Source: an uncultured Acidimicrobiaceae bacterium (GTDB taxonomy: Bacteria; Actinomycetota; Acidimicrobiia; Acidimicrobiales; Aldehydirespiratoraceae). From it: DNA of 64,000 nt. Below are positions 1 through 13,801 of the stretch, one piece after another. The DNA is taken from contig CAJWHS010000005.1 in assembly GCA_913041415.1 (NCBI GenBank), positions 218 to 64,217 of the forward strand. Reading direction: 5' to 3'. The notes under the pieces are model-generated. The model was given only the letters and a program-made list of their open reading frames with translations. It did not search any database and had not been told where the DNA came from. How positions within the stretch are numbered: the stretch's first letter is position 1; the number at the start of each line of letters is the position of its first letter. Both the position numbers and the translations under genes were made by a program.

Positions 1-1
1 G

Positions 2-820
2 ATGGGCATCATCAACGGCACGACCAACTACATCCTCACCAAGATGTCGCAGGAGGGAGCCAACTACGCCGACGCCCTCGCCGATGCGCAGGTGCTCGGG
101 TACGCCGAGGCCGATCCGACCGCCGACGTCGAGGGCTACGACGCCGGCGCCAAGGCCGCGATCATTGCGTCGATCGTGTTCGGCGTCGACGTCCGATCCA
201 GCGATGTGCAGCACGAGGGCATCTCATCGATCACCGCCGCCGACATCGACACCGCCAAGCGCCTCGGCTACGTCATCAAGGCGCTCGCTGTGATCGAGCG
301 CGCCAACGGCGAGGTCGCCGTCCGGGTGCATCCGGCGATGGTCCCCACCGGCCACCCGCTCGCCAACGTCAACGACTCGTTCAACGCAGTGTTCGTCGAA
401 GGCGCTACGGTAGGCGATCTCATGTTCTACGGGCGCGGTGCCGGCGGCGGTCCGACTGCCTCCGCCATACTCGGCGACCTCGTCGATGCCGCCGTCAACG
501 TGGCCAACGGTGCTGCGGCTCGGCTGTCGATCACCGAAAAGGCGATGCTGCGTTCGGTCGACGAACTCTCGTCGCAGTACTACCTGACCATGGTGGTCTC
601 CGATGAGCCCGGCGTGCTCGCCCAGGTGGCGACGGTCTTCGGCACCCACGGCGTGTCGATCCAGGTGATGGAGCAGTCGGGAACCGGTGGCGACGCTGAG
701 CTCTGCCTCATCTTGCACGAGATCACCGAAGCCGCCCTCCACGCAACCCTCGATGAGCTCGACGGTCTCGAGGTCGTGCGAGGGATCGGCTCGGTGATCC
801 GTCTCGTCAGCGACGACTGA
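2..820 (+). CDS. hom: homoserine dehydrogenase, C-terminal part (5' end outside window)
   Basis: ORF is open at the window edge. The translation has the catalytic-domain region AEADPTADVEGYDAGAKAAI and a C-terminal ACT-like regulatory segment. thrC follows 4 nt later. Confidence 0.9.
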   Translation: MGIINGTTNYILTKMSQEGANYADALADAQVLGYAEADPTADVEGYDAGAKAAIIASIVFGVDVRSSDVQHEGISSITAADIDTAKRLGYVIKALAVIERANGEVAVRVHPAMVPTGHPLANVNDSFNAVFVEGATVGDLMFYGRGAGGGPTASAILGDLVDAAVNVANGAAARLSITEKAMLRSVDELSSQYYLTMVVSDEPGVLAQVATVFGTHGVSIQVMEQSGTGGDAELCLILHEITEAALHATLDELDGLEVVRGIGSVIRLVSDD

Positions 821-824
821 GCCA

Positions 825-2201
825 ATGGCGACCTACCACAGCTCCCGGGGACGTTCACCCGAGATCGGGTTCGGCGACACCCTGCTCGGTGGTCTCGCTC
901 CCGACGGTGGTCTGTACCTGCCGACCACTTGGCCGGAGCTTCCGACGACCGAGGGCGACTACGCCTCCATCGCCACCGCCGTGATAGCACCCTTCGTTGC
1001 CGGCGCGATCGGCCTCGACGATTTCGGGTCGATGGTCGAGGATGCCTATGCGACGTTCTCCGACCCCCAGGTTTGCTCGCTGGTTGAACTCGAGCCCGGG
1101 CACCACCTGCTCGAGCTCTTCCACGGCCCGACCCTGGCGTTCAAAGATGTCGCCCTGCAGTTGCTCGGTCGCCTGTTCGACCATGAGTTGGAGCGGCGAG
1201 ACCAGCGAGTGACGATCGTGGGGGCGACATCGGGCGACACCGGGCCGGCAGCGATGGACGCCGTACGCGACCGCGACCGGGTCGACATCGTCATTCTTTT
1301 TCCGAAGGGCCGCACGAGTGAGGTCCAGCGTCGCCAGATGACCACCCTCGATGCGTCGAACGTCCACGCGGTCGCCGTCGACGGCACATTCGACGACTGT
1401 CAGGACCTTGTGAAAGCAATGTTCGCCGACGAGGCGTTCCGCACTCGCGTCGGCCTCTCGGCGGTCAACTCCATTAACTGGGCGCGCGTGATGGCCCAGA
1501 TCGTCTACTACGTCTGGGCCGCTCAGCAGCTCGACCTGCGCGACACCCCCAGCACGTTCTGTGTCCCCACCGGCAACTTCGGCAACGTGTTCGCCGGGCA
1601 CTGCGCTCGCCGTATGGGGCTCCCGATCGAGCGGCTGCTAGTAGCGTCGAATACCAACGACATCCTCACCCGGCTGATTCACGCCGGCACGATGACCGCC
1701 GAAGAGGTCGTCCCGACGCTCTCGCCGAGCATGGACATCCAGATCTCGTCGAACCTGGAGCGACTCCTGTTCGAACTGCTCGGCGCCAACGGCCCTGCAA
1801 CCGCTGAACTGCTCACCGACTTCCGGGCCACCGGGAGTGCCTCGCTTCGGCCTGAGCAGCACGCCGAACTGATCGCCGGTTTCGCCGGCGGGCGACTCGA
1901 TGACACCGAGACGCTCGATGTCATCCGCGACATCCACGACTCGATAGGAATGTTTGTCGAACCCCATACGGCGGTTGGCATCGGCGTCGCCCGACGTCTC
2001 CGTCGCGTCGACGAAACGGTCGTGACGCTGGCGACCGCCCATCCGGCCAAGTTCCCCGACGCGGTCGAGCAAGCTACCGGAGTGCGGCCACCCCTGCCGT
2101 CTCACCTCGCCGATCTCTACGAGCGCACTGAGCGGGTCACCGACCTCCCGAACGACCTCGCCACCGTCGAAGATTTCGTCGACAGCGTGCGACGCCGCTG
2201 A
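825..2201 (+). CDS. thrC: threonine synthase
   Basis: 458-aa ORF with the PLP-lysine region FHGPTLAFKDVALQ typical of threonine synthase. ATG start directly after hom. Confidence 0.95.
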   Translation: MATYHSSRGRSPEIGFGDTLLGGLAPDGGLYLPTTWPELPTTEGDYASIATAVIAPFVAGAIGLDDFGSMVEDAYATFSDPQVCSLVELEPGHHLLELFHGPTLAFKDVALQLLGRLFDHELERRDQRVTIVGATSGDTGPAAMDAVRDRDRVDIVILFPKGRTSEVQRRQMTTLDASNVHAVAVDGTFDDCQDLVKAMFADEAFRTRVGLSAVNSINWARVMAQIVYYVWAAQQLDLRDTPSTFCVPTGNFGNVFAGHCARRMGLPIERLLVASNTNDILTRLIHAGTMTAEEVVPTLSPSMDIQISSNLERLLFELLGANGPATAELLTDFRATGSASLRPEQHAELIAGFAGGRLDDTETLDVIRDIHDSIGMFVEPHTAVGIGVARRLRRVDETVVTLATAHPAKFPDAVEQATGVRPPLPSHLADLYERTERVTDLPNDLATVEDFVDSVRRR

Positions 2202-2345
2202 TCGCCGCTACCCTCAACTTCGTTCGCCAAAGGCGCCGTCGGCAGCGACGGTAGGGATTCTGATCATTCGATCGGGCGAACACCCCCGACAACGCCGCTC
2301 CTCCATGGGGGACGAGCGGCCCGGCCTCACCCGAGGAGCGAGCCC

Positions 2346-3878
2346 GTGGAAACCGCGGAGATGCGTCGTTCGACGCTGCAGCGCAAAGACCGAGACGAGT
2401 TGACCCAGATCGCGACGACGCTGGGCAAGAAGCCCTCGTCGCGTGCCCGCAAGGGCGAGATCATCGACCTCATTCTCGACCTGGCCGCAGGTGGTGACGG
2501 TGGCGGCAACGCCGACGAGACCGACTCGCCCGACACCGATGTCACCGACGCAACGGCGTTGACGGAGACTGGCGAGGCCACTGACGACGACACCGATGGC
2601 GACGACGACCAGCATGCGAACGACAGCAGCGATGCCAGTGTCGATGCTGACAATCGCCCTGAGCCCGGCAACCGTCGTCGTCGCCGGCGTGGTCGCGATC
2701 GCGACAACCGCAACGATACCAACGAGCAGTGGGACGGTGATCCGATCCCGGCCGAGGGGCGGCTCGACCTCCGTAGCGAGGGCTACGGCTTCCTGCGGGT
2801 GAACGGCTACATCCCGAGCCTTGACGACGCCTATGTGCCGGTGAAGCTCGTCCGGCAGTATGGCCTGCGCAAGGGCGACGTGATCGCAGGCCCGTCGCGT
2901 CCGGCCAATCGCAACGAGAAGAACCCGGCGCTCATGTCCGTCGAGTCCGTCAACGGCGGCGAGCCCGATGCGGCGACTGCCCGTCCCGACTTCGACGATC
3001 TCGTGCCCGTGCATCCGGCCGAACGCCTCACGCTCGAACGCGGTGATGGCGACGATGCCGCGGCCCGCCTGATTGACCTGGTCGCCCCGATCGGCAAAGG
3101 CCAGCGAGGCCTGATCGTTGCACCGCCCCGCGCCGGCAAGTCGACGGTGATGAACCAGATCGTGCGCTCGTTGAAGGCCAACCACGCCGATGCCCACCTG
3201 ATCATCCTGTTGATCGACGAACGTCCCGAAGAGGTCACCTCGATGAAGCGTGCCCTCGGTGATGGGGGAGAGGTCGTGGCCTCGGTCTTCGACCGGCCCA
3301 CCGACGAGCACGTGCACATCGCCGACCTGGCGATCGAGCGGGCCAAGCGTCTTGTGGAAGACGGACGCGATGTCGTCGTGCTCGTCGACGGGATCACTCG
3401 CCTGGCCCGCGCCTATGCGACGGAGACCCCCCAGTCGAACAAGGTGCTGCCGGGCGGGCTCGATGCCACCGCCATGATCGGCCCGAAGCAGTTCTTTGCC
3501 GCTGCTCGCAACGTCGAAGAGGGCGGTTCGCTGACGATCCTCGCCACGGCGACCACCGACAACGGCAACAGTGCCGACGAGGCGATTCTCGCCGAGTTGT
3601 CCGGCGCAGCGAATCTCGAGCTCCGGCTCGATCGAGTGCTCGCTGAGCGGCGCGCGTACCCGGCGATCGACGTCGCCCGGTCGACCACCCGCCACGAGGA
3701 CACCCTGCTCGACGACGCGTCCCGCGGTCAGGTCGTCACCCTGCGACGTCACCTCGCCGACCTGATTGCCACCAGCGGCGGCCCCGCCGCCCATGCCGAA
3801 CTGCTCGACCGGCTCGGTGCCACCAAGACCAACGACGAATTCCTGCGCGAGGTCGCCAAGTCGGCCTCCGCCTCCTAG
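2346..3878 (+). CDS. rho: transcription termination factor Rho with acidic/Arg-rich N-terminal insertion
   Basis: 510-aa ORF with a GTG start 7 nt after GAGGAG. It has the RNA-binding region GYGFLR, Walker A PPRAGKST and a Rho ATPase core. An insertion of about 80 aa is rich in D/T/G and ends in [13 protein letters not shown]. Confidence 0.95.
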   Translation: METAEMRRSTLQRKDRDELTQIATTLGKKPSSRARKGEIIDLILDLAAGGDGGGNADETDSPDTDVTDATALTETGEATDDDTDGDDDQHANDSSDASVDADNRPEPGNRRRRRRGRDRDNRNDTNEQWDGDPIPAEGRLDLRSEGYGFLRVNGYIPSLDDAYVPVKLVRQYGLRKGDVIAGPSRPANRNEKNPALMSVESVNGGEPDAATARPDFDDLVPVHPAERLTLERGDGDDAAARLIDLVAPIGKGQRGLIVAPPRAGKSTVMNQIVRSLKANHADAHLIILLIDERPEEVTSMKRALGDGGEVVASVFDRPTDEHVHIADLAIERAKRLVEDGRDVVVLVDGITRLARAYATETPQSNKVLPGGLDATAMIGPKQFFAAARNVEEGGSLTILATATTDNGNSADEAILAELSGAANLELRLDRVLAERRAYPAIDVARSTTRHEDTLLDDASRGQVVTLRRHLADLIATSGGPAAHAELLDRLGATKTNDEFLREVAKSASAS

Positions 3879-3892
3879 CCTGGGAGATCGCT

Positions 3893-4192
3893 ATGAAGTC
3901 CGACATCCACCCCGAGTACCGCCCGGTCGTCTTCCAGGACACATCCGCTGGCACGTCGTTCATCATCCGTTCGACGATCGCCACCAGCGAGACCGTCACT
4001 TGGGAGGACGGCAACGAGTACCCCCTCGCCAAGGTGGAGATCTCGAGCGAGAGCCACCCCTTCTTCACCGGCCAGATGAAGATCGTCGACACCGCCGGTC
4101 GCGTCGAGCGCTTCGAGAAGCGCTACGGCCGTCGCAAGAAGACCGACGCTCCGGCTGCCGACGAGGCCGCCGCCGAGGGCGACGAGAGCTGA
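3893..4192 (+). CDS. rpmE: 50S ribosomal protein L31, cysteine-free (type B / C-minus) form
   Basis: 99-aa [12 protein letters not shown]...HPFFTGQ...RFEKRYG. There are no Cys residues, so the zinc-ribbon CxxC pairs are absent. Acidic C-terminal tail. Confidence 0.9.
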   Translation: MKSDIHPEYRPVVFQDTSAGTSFIIRSTIATSETVTWEDGNEYPLAKVEISSESHPFFTGQMKIVDTAGRVERFEKRYGRRKKTDAPAADEAAAEGDES

Positions 4193-4198
4193 CCTCTC

Positions 4199-5185
4199 AT
4201 GGCGCTCGACGCTGATCGTCGGGCTCAACTCGAGCGGGCACGCGCCGTTGCGCTGCTGCGGCAGTGCTTCGACATCAGCCCGTCGTCGACTCCTGCCGCC
4301 GCGCCGTTCGGGATCACGGTGCGTTCCAAGGATCAGGCCTGGATCGTCTCGATGAGCGATGACCTCGCTGCGCTCGGCGGGGTGCTCGTGTGGCTTGATC
4401 GGCATGCTCCCGAGGCCCCGACGTTGGTCGTCGACCACCACGCCCCCGTCCACGCGAGACGCGCCGCCGTGCTCGCCCCCGAACTCCGGGTGTGGAAGGC
4501 GGTTGGCGACACGGTGGTCGAGGCCGAACCCGAGCCCGTCCCGCCCGCCCTGCCCCGAGCCGACGACATTGCGCATCTCGAAGCGATGCTGATCGAGGAA
4601 GGGCTCGAGAGTGTCTGCGAGGACGGACTCGTGCGCGGCGAGTTGGCGGGACTCGAGGTCGCTCGAATCCTGCACGGCCCCGACGGTCCCGTTCTCGAAG
4701 CGGGTGTCGGGCGATTCGACCGTGAAGCTGCCGCCCTTCTGCACGCCGGGCGGAGCCCGGCTGATGCACTGCACGACGCTGTTGCCCAGGTGCGTCCGCA
4801 TCGCACGTCAGGGGCGGTTTCCCATGCGGTGAATCGCCTGGCCCGGGAGCGGTGGCTTCGTCACCTCATCGTGCAGGACCCGTTCCTGGCTGGGGTATCG
4901 CTGCCCGAGCTCGTCGAGCCGATTCCACCTCGCCCCAACCTGCTCAAGGCCGCACCGGCATCGCTGCTCGGCCGCGACGGCGACCGACAGGTTCTCGTGG
5001 TGTGCTCCGTGGGGGTCGATCTTGGACTGATACCCGCCATCGCCGACCTGGTGAGCGTGCACGCCCCCTCGGAAGTCAGGATCGTCATGCCCGAGCGTGA
5101 TCGCCTGCCGTATGTCGAACGCCTCGCCTCCCGGTTGCCGGTCCCGGCGTCGTTCCGGTCGGTCGGCACCCCCTGGGTCGACTGA
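4199..5185 (+). CDS. hypothetical protein
   Basis: 328-aa ORF with ATG 6 nt after the rpmE stop and coding-like GC3. I recognise no family motif. Confidence 0.55.
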   Translation: MALDADRRAQLERARAVALLRQCFDISPSSTPAAAPFGITVRSKDQAWIVSMSDDLAALGGVLVWLDRHAPEAPTLVVDHHAPVHARRAAVLAPELRVWKAVGDTVVEAEPEPVPPALPRADDIAHLEAMLIEEGLESVCEDGLVRGELAGLEVARILHGPDGPVLEAGVGRFDREAAALLHAGRSPADALHDAVAQVRPHRTSGAVSHAVNRLARERWLRHLIVQDPFLAGVSLPELVEPIPPRPNLLKAAPASLLGRDGDRQVLVVCSVGVDLGLIPAIADLVSVHAPSEVRIVMPERDRLPYVERLASRLPVPASFRSVGTPWVD

Positions 5186-5378
5186 CGGCGCTCACCGGTC
5201 TCGATTCAGCGGTTTATCGCTGATGGCCCGCCTTGATCTCGGGCGACCTTGACCGGGAGTCGGGGCACCGAGGTCGGGGTTGCCAGGCGATCGGCAGCAA
5301 GCTACCTTGTGCACGGGTTCACGAGCAGCCGTTGTCGGCGCGGTGACTCGGTCGAGAACAGGTCTCTGGGGACAGGTA

Positions 5379-5729
5379 ATGGACGCTGCGGCAAAGCGCG
5401 ATTTCCACGACGCCATCTGGCGCTCAAGTGGTGGCTTCGACCTCGTCCTCGCCCCCGTGCTCATTGCACTCCTCGGTCTCTGGGTCGACTCCGCCGCCGG
5501 CACCCGACCCGTCTTCATGCTCGCCTTTCTCGCGTTCGGCACGGTCGGCGCCGTTCTGAAGGTCTATTACGACTACCAGCGAGGCATGACCGAAGCAGCC
5601 GAACACGCCGCTGTGGTCCGCGAAGAAGCGGCACGGCTCCGAGCGGAGGCAGCCGAACTCGGCGCCCGCCCGGTCCGCGACCTCACCGGTGAAATCGGCA
5701 CGTTGCCGCTCGAGGGGTCCGAGTCGTGA
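5379..5729 (+). CDS. AtpZ/AtpI-family small membrane protein (putative F0F1 assembly factor)
   Basis: I chose the internal ATG at 5379 within ORF 5280..5729. Two-TM hairpin GFDLVLAPVLIALLGLWVDSAAGTRPVFMLAFLAFGTVGAV, as in ATPase_gene1/AtpZ proteins. Its stop overlaps the next start (GTGA). First gene of the atp operon. Confidence 0.6.
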   Translation: MDAAAKRDFHDAIWRSSGGFDLVLAPVLIALLGLWVDSAAGTRPVFMLAFLAFGTVGAVLKVYYDYQRGMTEAAEHAAVVREEAARLRAEAAELGARPVRDLTGEIGTLPLEGSES

Positions 5730-6231
5730 ATGCCCCGGCCAACCCCCTCGCTATGCGCATGGAGGGTCCGTCGCCCGCCGTCGAGGTGGCGAAAGACCTC
5801 GCCCGTCGGGGCGCGTTGATCGCCCCGGTGGCGGCAATGGTTGGCGCCCTTTTCTGGGGCACGCACGGGGCTGCGTCGGTCGCCTATGCCCTGGCCATCG
5901 TGGTCGTGAACTTCTTGCTGGCGGCCTGGTCACTTGGTTTCGCGGCCCGCATCTCGATCGCCCTCATGGCGGGTGTCGCCCTCTTCGGGTTTTTGATCCG
6001 CCTCGGTCTCATCACCCTGGCCGTGTTGCTCGTTCGCGACGCCGCCTGGGTCGAGCTGATCCCCCTCGGGCTCACGCTCATCATCACCCATCTCGGATTG
6101 TTGTTCTGGGAGATGCGTTTCGTGTCCGCCTCGCTAGCCTTTCCCGGGCTGAAGCCGAAGCCCGGACTCGACGCCGCCCAGGCCAGCAACAGCCCAACGA
6201 TCTCCGACCTCTCCGAAACCAAGGAGCACCA

Positions 6232-6235
<4 letters not shown>
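5726..6235 (+). CDS. atpI: ATP synthase protein I-like membrane protein
   Basis: 169-aa hydrophobic ORF with about 4 TM segments, immediately upstream of atpB and overlapping it (GTGA at 6232-6235). This is the position and topology typical of AtpI. Confidence 0.6.
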
Positions 6236-7360
<1,125 letters not shown>

Positions 7361-7452
7361 TCCTGCCGCCTTGTCGGCATCCCGGGTCGTTCGCCGACCC
7401 GGTGCACTGTCCTGAACATCTGTTCGTCACCCGTACCACTTGAGGTGAATCC

Positions 7453-7983
7453 GTGATCAATCTCTTGGTCATCGTCGTAGCGGCCGAAGAAGAGGCCCCG
7501 CCGAACCCCGTCATTCCCGTCGAGAACGAGATCGTCTGGGCGGCGATCTTCTTCTTCGCCCTCTGGGCGATGATGAAGTTTGTCCTCTTGCCCCCGATCC
7601 AGCGGGCAATGGACGAGCGTTCCAGCACGATCCAGTCGGGCAAGGATGCCGCCGACGCGGCCACCTCTGCGCTTGGTTCGGCGCGCCGGGACCACGAGGC
7701 CACCCTCGCGGAGGCTCGTGCCGAAGCCAACGCCATTCTCGCCGGGGCGCGTGCCGCCGCCGACGAGCGTCGCGCTGCGCTGCAGGCCGAAGCCGACACG
7801 GAAATCGCCGAGATGCGACGCAGTGCACAAGCCGAAATCGATCAGGCCCGAGCCGAAGCGCTCTCCGGCATGCGAGGCGACGTATCGTCGCTCGCCGTCG
7901 GGGCTGCACAGATCGTACTCGGCCGTGATCTTGACGCTGGCAACCAGCAGTCCGTCATCGACCAGGCCCTCTCGGCCGACTGA
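7453..7983 (+). CDS. atpF: F0F1 ATP synthase subunit b
   Basis: 176-aa ORF with a GTG start after GAGGTG. One N-terminal TM helix followed by a long Ala/Glu/Arg-rich helix. Confidence 0.85.
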   Translation: MINLLVIVVAAEEEAPPNPVIPVENEIVWAAIFFFALWAMMKFVLLPPIQRAMDERSSTIQSGKDAADAATSALGSARRDHEATLAEARAEANAILAGARAAADERRAALQAEADTEIAEMRRSAQAEIDQARAEALSGMRGDVSSLAVGAAQIVLGRDLDAGNQQSVIDQALSAD

Positions 7984-7994
7984 GGGAGACGACC

Positions 7995-8519
7995 ATGATC
8001 GGAATCTTCGCCGCTGAAGGACCAAACGGGAACTGGATCCCCGGCGATCCCAACGAGCTCTACTGGGGCTCGGCTGCGTTCCTCATCATCGCTGTGGTGT
8101 TCGTCATGAAGGGCGTGCCCGCCATCAAGGCCGCCATGAAGGCCACGTCCGCCAAGGTCGAGGGCGAACTCGCCGAGGCCGAGCAGGCCAAGGCCGAGGC
8201 CGAGGCCGAGTTGGAGGCATTGACCTCCTTGCTTGGTGACGCCGGCGCCGAGGCCGAAGTGGTCATCGCCGATGCTCACGAGCAGGCCACCCGCCTCGAG
8301 GCGGACCTGATCGCTCGGGCAGAGGGCGATGTCGCCGACGCTAAGGAGCGGGCCCGGATCGAGGTTGCCGCCCAGCGGGATCAGGCCCTGGCCGACCTTC
8401 GGGCTGCCGTTGCCGAGCAGGCCCGCGTTGCGGCTGACGCGGTGGTGCGCAACAACCTCGACGATTCCACCCAATCCGCACTTATCGACGACTACATCTC
8501 CAGCGTCGGCGCCAGCTGA
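7995..8519 (+). CDS. second b-type peripheral-stalk subunit (b')
   Basis: 174-aa ORF with an ATG after GAGGGAG. Same architecture as atpF (single TM helix plus a long AEAK-rich helix) but a divergent sequence. Confidence 0.8.
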   Translation: MIGIFAAEGPNGNWIPGDPNELYWGSAAFLIIAVVFVMKGVPAIKAAMKATSAKVEGELAEAEQAKAEAEAELEALTSLLGDAGAEAEVVIADAHEQATRLEADLIARAEGDVADAKERARIEVAAQRDQALADLRAAVAEQARVAADAVVRNNLDDSTQSALIDDYISSVGAS

Positions 8520-8541
8520 CCGCGGAACGAAAGACCATCTC

Positions 8542-9066
8542 ATGAGCGACACCATCGACGCCTACGCCGCCGCTCTCCTCGCTGTGCTGCGAGCCGAAGG
8601 CGACACCGTGGCCGACGACGAGATCCTGCGCTTCGCCCAGGCCCTCGAGGCCAACGACGAGTTGCGCAACACCCTCGCCGACCCCTACGTGCCAGCCGCC
8701 ACCCGTCAGCAGATCGTCGAAGACCTCCTCCAGGGGAAGGCCTCCGCCGTCACGACCGCCGCCGTGTCCCTCGTGGTCGGTGCCGGTCGGGCCGGTGACT
8801 TCCCCGCCATCGCCCGCACCCTCGTCGCCAAGCTGGCTACTGCCAGCGGCCGCGACGTCGCCGAGGTTCGCTCCGCCGTGGCCCTCTCCGAGGATCAGGT
8901 GTCGCGCCTCGCCGCCTCGCTCAAGCAGGCGACCGGCAAGGATGTCGACGTTCGCGTGACGGTCGATTCCTCCGTGCTCGGGGGCATCGTCACCACGATC
9001 GGCGACACCGTCATCGACGGCAGCGTCCGCAGCCGCCTCGCCCAGGTCAAGAGCCACATCGGCTGA
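8542..9066 (+). CDS. atpH: F0F1 ATP synthase subunit delta
   Basis: I chose the internal ATG at 8542 in ORF 8329..9066. OSCP/delta-like C-terminus ...VLGGIVTTIGDTVIDGSVRSRL. Located between the b subunits and alpha. Confidence 0.85.
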   Translation: MSDTIDAYAAALLAVLRAEGDTVADDEILRFAQALEANDELRNTLADPYVPAATRQQIVEDLLQGKASAVTTAAVSLVVGAGRAGDFPAIARTLVAKLATASGRDVAEVRSAVALSEDQVSRLAASLKQATGKDVDVRVTVDSSVLGGIVTTIGDTVIDGSVRSRLAQVKSHIG

Positions 9067-9125
9067 CCTGTCACTCCAACGATTCACCGCCCACCCAGAA
9101 CTTCACACCAGAGAGATAGACGAAA

Positions 9126-10748
9126 ATGGCTGATCTGCAGATCAACACCGATGAGATCACCGCAGCGCTGAAGGCGAACCTCGCGGGCTTCACCCCCTCG
9201 GTCGAGCAGACCACCGTCGGTCGGGTGCTCGAGGTCGGCGACGGCATCGCGCGCGTTTCGGGCCTGCCCAACGCGGCGGTCAACGAGATGCTCCGATTCG
9301 AGAACGGGCTCGTCGGCCTCGCCCTCAACCTCGACGAGGACTCCATCGGCGCCGTGGTCCTCGGCGATGTCGAAGGCATCGAGGAAGGCCAGACCGTGGT
9401 TGCCACCGGCGACATCCTGTCCGTGCCCGTCGGCGACGGCCTGCTGGGCCGGGTCGTCAACCCGCTCGGCGAGCCGGTCGACGGCAAAGGTCCGCTCACC
9501 AATGTGCAGCCCCGCCGTATGGAGATCCAGGCGCCGGGCATCACCGGCCGCAAGCCGGTGCACGAGCCGATGCAGACCGGCATCAAGTCGATCGACTCGC
9601 TCATCCCGGTCGGCCGTGGCCAGCGAGAGCTGATCATCGGCGACCGCAAGACCGGCAAGACCACCATTGCGCTCGACACGATCCTGAACCAGAAGGGTCT
9701 GGGCGTGAAGTGCATCTATGTGGCGATTGGCCAGAAGGCCTCGACTGTCGCCCAGTCGGTCGCCACGCTCGAAGAGCTCGGGGCCATGGAGTACACCACC
9801 GTCGTGGTCGCCCCTGCTTCCGACCCGGCACCGTTCAAGTACCTAGCTCCCTACGGCGGTTGCGCCATGGGCCAGCACTGGATGGAGAACGGCGAGCACT
9901 CGCTCATCGTCTACGACGACCTCTCCAAGCAGGCCGAGGCCTACCGTCAGGTGTCGTTGCTGCTGCGCCGCCCGCCGGGCCGTGAGGCCTTCCCCGGCGA
10001 CGTGTTCTACCTCCACTCTCGACTGCTCGAGCGGGCCGCCAAGCTCTCCGACGAGCTCGGCGCCGGTTCGCTCACGGCACTCCCGGTCATCGAGACCAAG
10101 GCCGGCGACGTCTCCGCGTTCATTCCCACCAACGTGATCTCGATCACCGACGGCCAGATCTTCCTCCAGGACGACCTGTTCAAGTCGGGTATCCGCCCCG
10201 CCGTCGACGTGGGCATCTCGGTGTCCCGAGTCGGTTCCGCTGCGCAGGTCAAGGCCATGAAGACGGCGACCGGCACGCTGAAGGGCGACCTGCAGCAGTT
10301 CCGTGAGCTCGAGGCGTTCGCCGCCTTCGGTTCGGATCTCGACGCAGTGTCCAAGGCCCAGCTCGAACGTGGCTACCGCCTGACCGAACTCCTCAAGCAG
10401 GGCGTCAACAGCCCGTACCCGGTCGACGAGCAGACCGTGTCGATCTACGCCGGTACCCGCGGCTACCTCGACGCCCTTCCCGTCGAGGATGTGCTGCGCT
10501 TCGAGGCCGAACTCCTCGCGTGGTTCCGCACCCGCCACGCCGACATCATGAACTCGATCAAGAACGACGGCGTCATCCCCGACGAGGACGCCTTCGAAGC
10601 CGGTATCAAGGCCTTCGCCGAGCAGTTCCAGACCTCCGATGGTTCTGGCGCCGAGCCCGACGCCGAGGCCCAGGGCGATGCCCAGGCTGAGCTCGTCGAC
10701 TCCGACACCACCCTGCCCGAAGAAGACATCACCCGCGACGAGGACTGA
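9126..10748 (+). CDS. atpA: F0F1 ATP synthase subunit alpha with acidic C-terminal extension
   Basis: 540-aa ORF with Walker A GDRKTGKT and strongly conserved alpha-subunit blocks. About 45 extra acidic residues lie after the conserved core. Confidence 0.97.
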   Translation: MADLQINTDEITAALKANLAGFTPSVEQTTVGRVLEVGDGIARVSGLPNAAVNEMLRFENGLVGLALNLDEDSIGAVVLGDVEGIEEGQTVVATGDILSVPVGDGLLGRVVNPLGEPVDGKGPLTNVQPRRMEIQAPGITGRKPVHEPMQTGIKSIDSLIPVGRGQRELIIGDRKTGKTTIALDTILNQKGLGVKCIYVAIGQKASTVAQSVATLEELGAMEYTTVVVAPASDPAPFKYLAPYGGCAMGQHWMENGEHSLIVYDDLSKQAEAYRQVSLLLRRPPGREAFPGDVFYLHSRLLERAAKLSDELGAGSLTALPVIETKAGDVSAFIPTNVISITDGQIFLQDDLFKSGIRPAVDVGISVSRVGSAAQVKAMKTATGTLKGDLQQFRELEAFAAFGSDLDAVSKAQLERGYRLTELLKQGVNSPYPVDEQTVSIYAGTRGYLDALPVEDVLRFEAELLAWFRTRHADIMNSIKNDGVIPDEDAFEAGIKAFAEQFQTSDGSGAEPDAEAQGDAQAELVDSDTTLPEEDITRDED

Positions 10749-10756
10749 GGTAACTC

Positions 10757-13259
<2,503 letters not shown>

Positions 13260-13294
13260 TCGGCTGATCGGAACACTCCAAGAACAGAGGAACC

Positions 13295-13687
13295 ATGCTC
13301 AACGTCCAGGTCGTCTCTCCCGAATCGGTGTCGTATACCGGTGAGGCTTCGGTGGTCGTCGCTCGCACTGTCGAGGGTGGCGATATTGCCTTCCAGCCCG
13401 GTCACATCCCGTTCATCGGGATCCTCCAGGTGTGGTCGGTCGACGTCGTCAAAGATGACGGATCGCGCGACACGTTCGCCGTCCACCGCGGCTTCGTTCA
13501 GGTCAGCGACACCGATATCACGATCCTGTCCGACGTGTCGGAGGCCAAAGACGAGATCGACGTGCCCCGAGCTGAGCAGGCCCTCGCTGAAGCGGAACAG
13601 GCCCTCTTGGCCGACGCCGACGATTCAGGTGCGGCCTCCGACAAGGCCCGTGCGAAAGTGCGGATCCGGGTGGCGGCCGGCGAGTAG
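13295..13687 (+). CDS. atpC: F0F1 ATP synthase subunit epsilon
   Basis: 130-aa ORF with a beta-sandwich N-terminus (MLNVQVVSPE...) and a helical Ala/Glu-rich C-terminus. Last gene of the operon. Confidence 0.9.
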   Translation: MLNVQVVSPESVSYTGEASVVVARTVEGGDIAFQPGHIPFIGILQVWSVDVVKDDGSRDTFAVHRGFVQVSDTDITILSDVSEAKDEIDVPRAEQALAEAEQALLADADDSGAASDKARAKVRIRVAAGE

Positions 13688-13712
13688 CCCCGCCTGATCA
13701 TCAAGATCACTG

Positions 13713-13748
13713 AACGAGCCGGGTCTCTGGGTCCGGCTCGTTGGCTTT
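13713..13748 (+). terminator. stem-loop after atpC (candidate intrinsic terminator, possibly bidirectional)
   Basis: Perfect 10-bp stem AACGAGCCGG (13713-13722) / CCGGCTCGTT (13733-13742) with a 10-nt loop, followed by GGCTTTC. It lies 26 nt after the atpC stop and upstream of a convergent remnant gene. Confidence 0.5.
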
Positions 13749-13801
13749 CAGCCCGGGAAGGCGGATCGGTGAGGCCGACTACGCCGAGGCTGCGCCCGCT
13801 T

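Noticed and set aside
2236-2251. Hairpin CCGTCG-GCAG-CGACGG, 35 nt after the thrC stop, as a possible terminator or rho-leader element.
   Set aside because: It has only a 6-bp stem and no U-tract. Such short GC palindromes are abundant in this genome. Nothing distinguishes it from background.
7413-7426. A third SOS-box-like palindrome, TGAACATCTGTTCG (core GAAC-N4-GTTC), between atpE and atpF.
   Set aside because: The first base deviates from CGAAC. The site lies inside a housekeeping operon with no promoter-like hexamers around it. Assuming about 17% A or T and 33% G or C per base, I estimate roughly 0.6 chance occurrences of GAAC-N4-GTTC in 64 kb, so one extra hit is expected by chance. 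It is worth including only if a genome-wide LexA scan is done.
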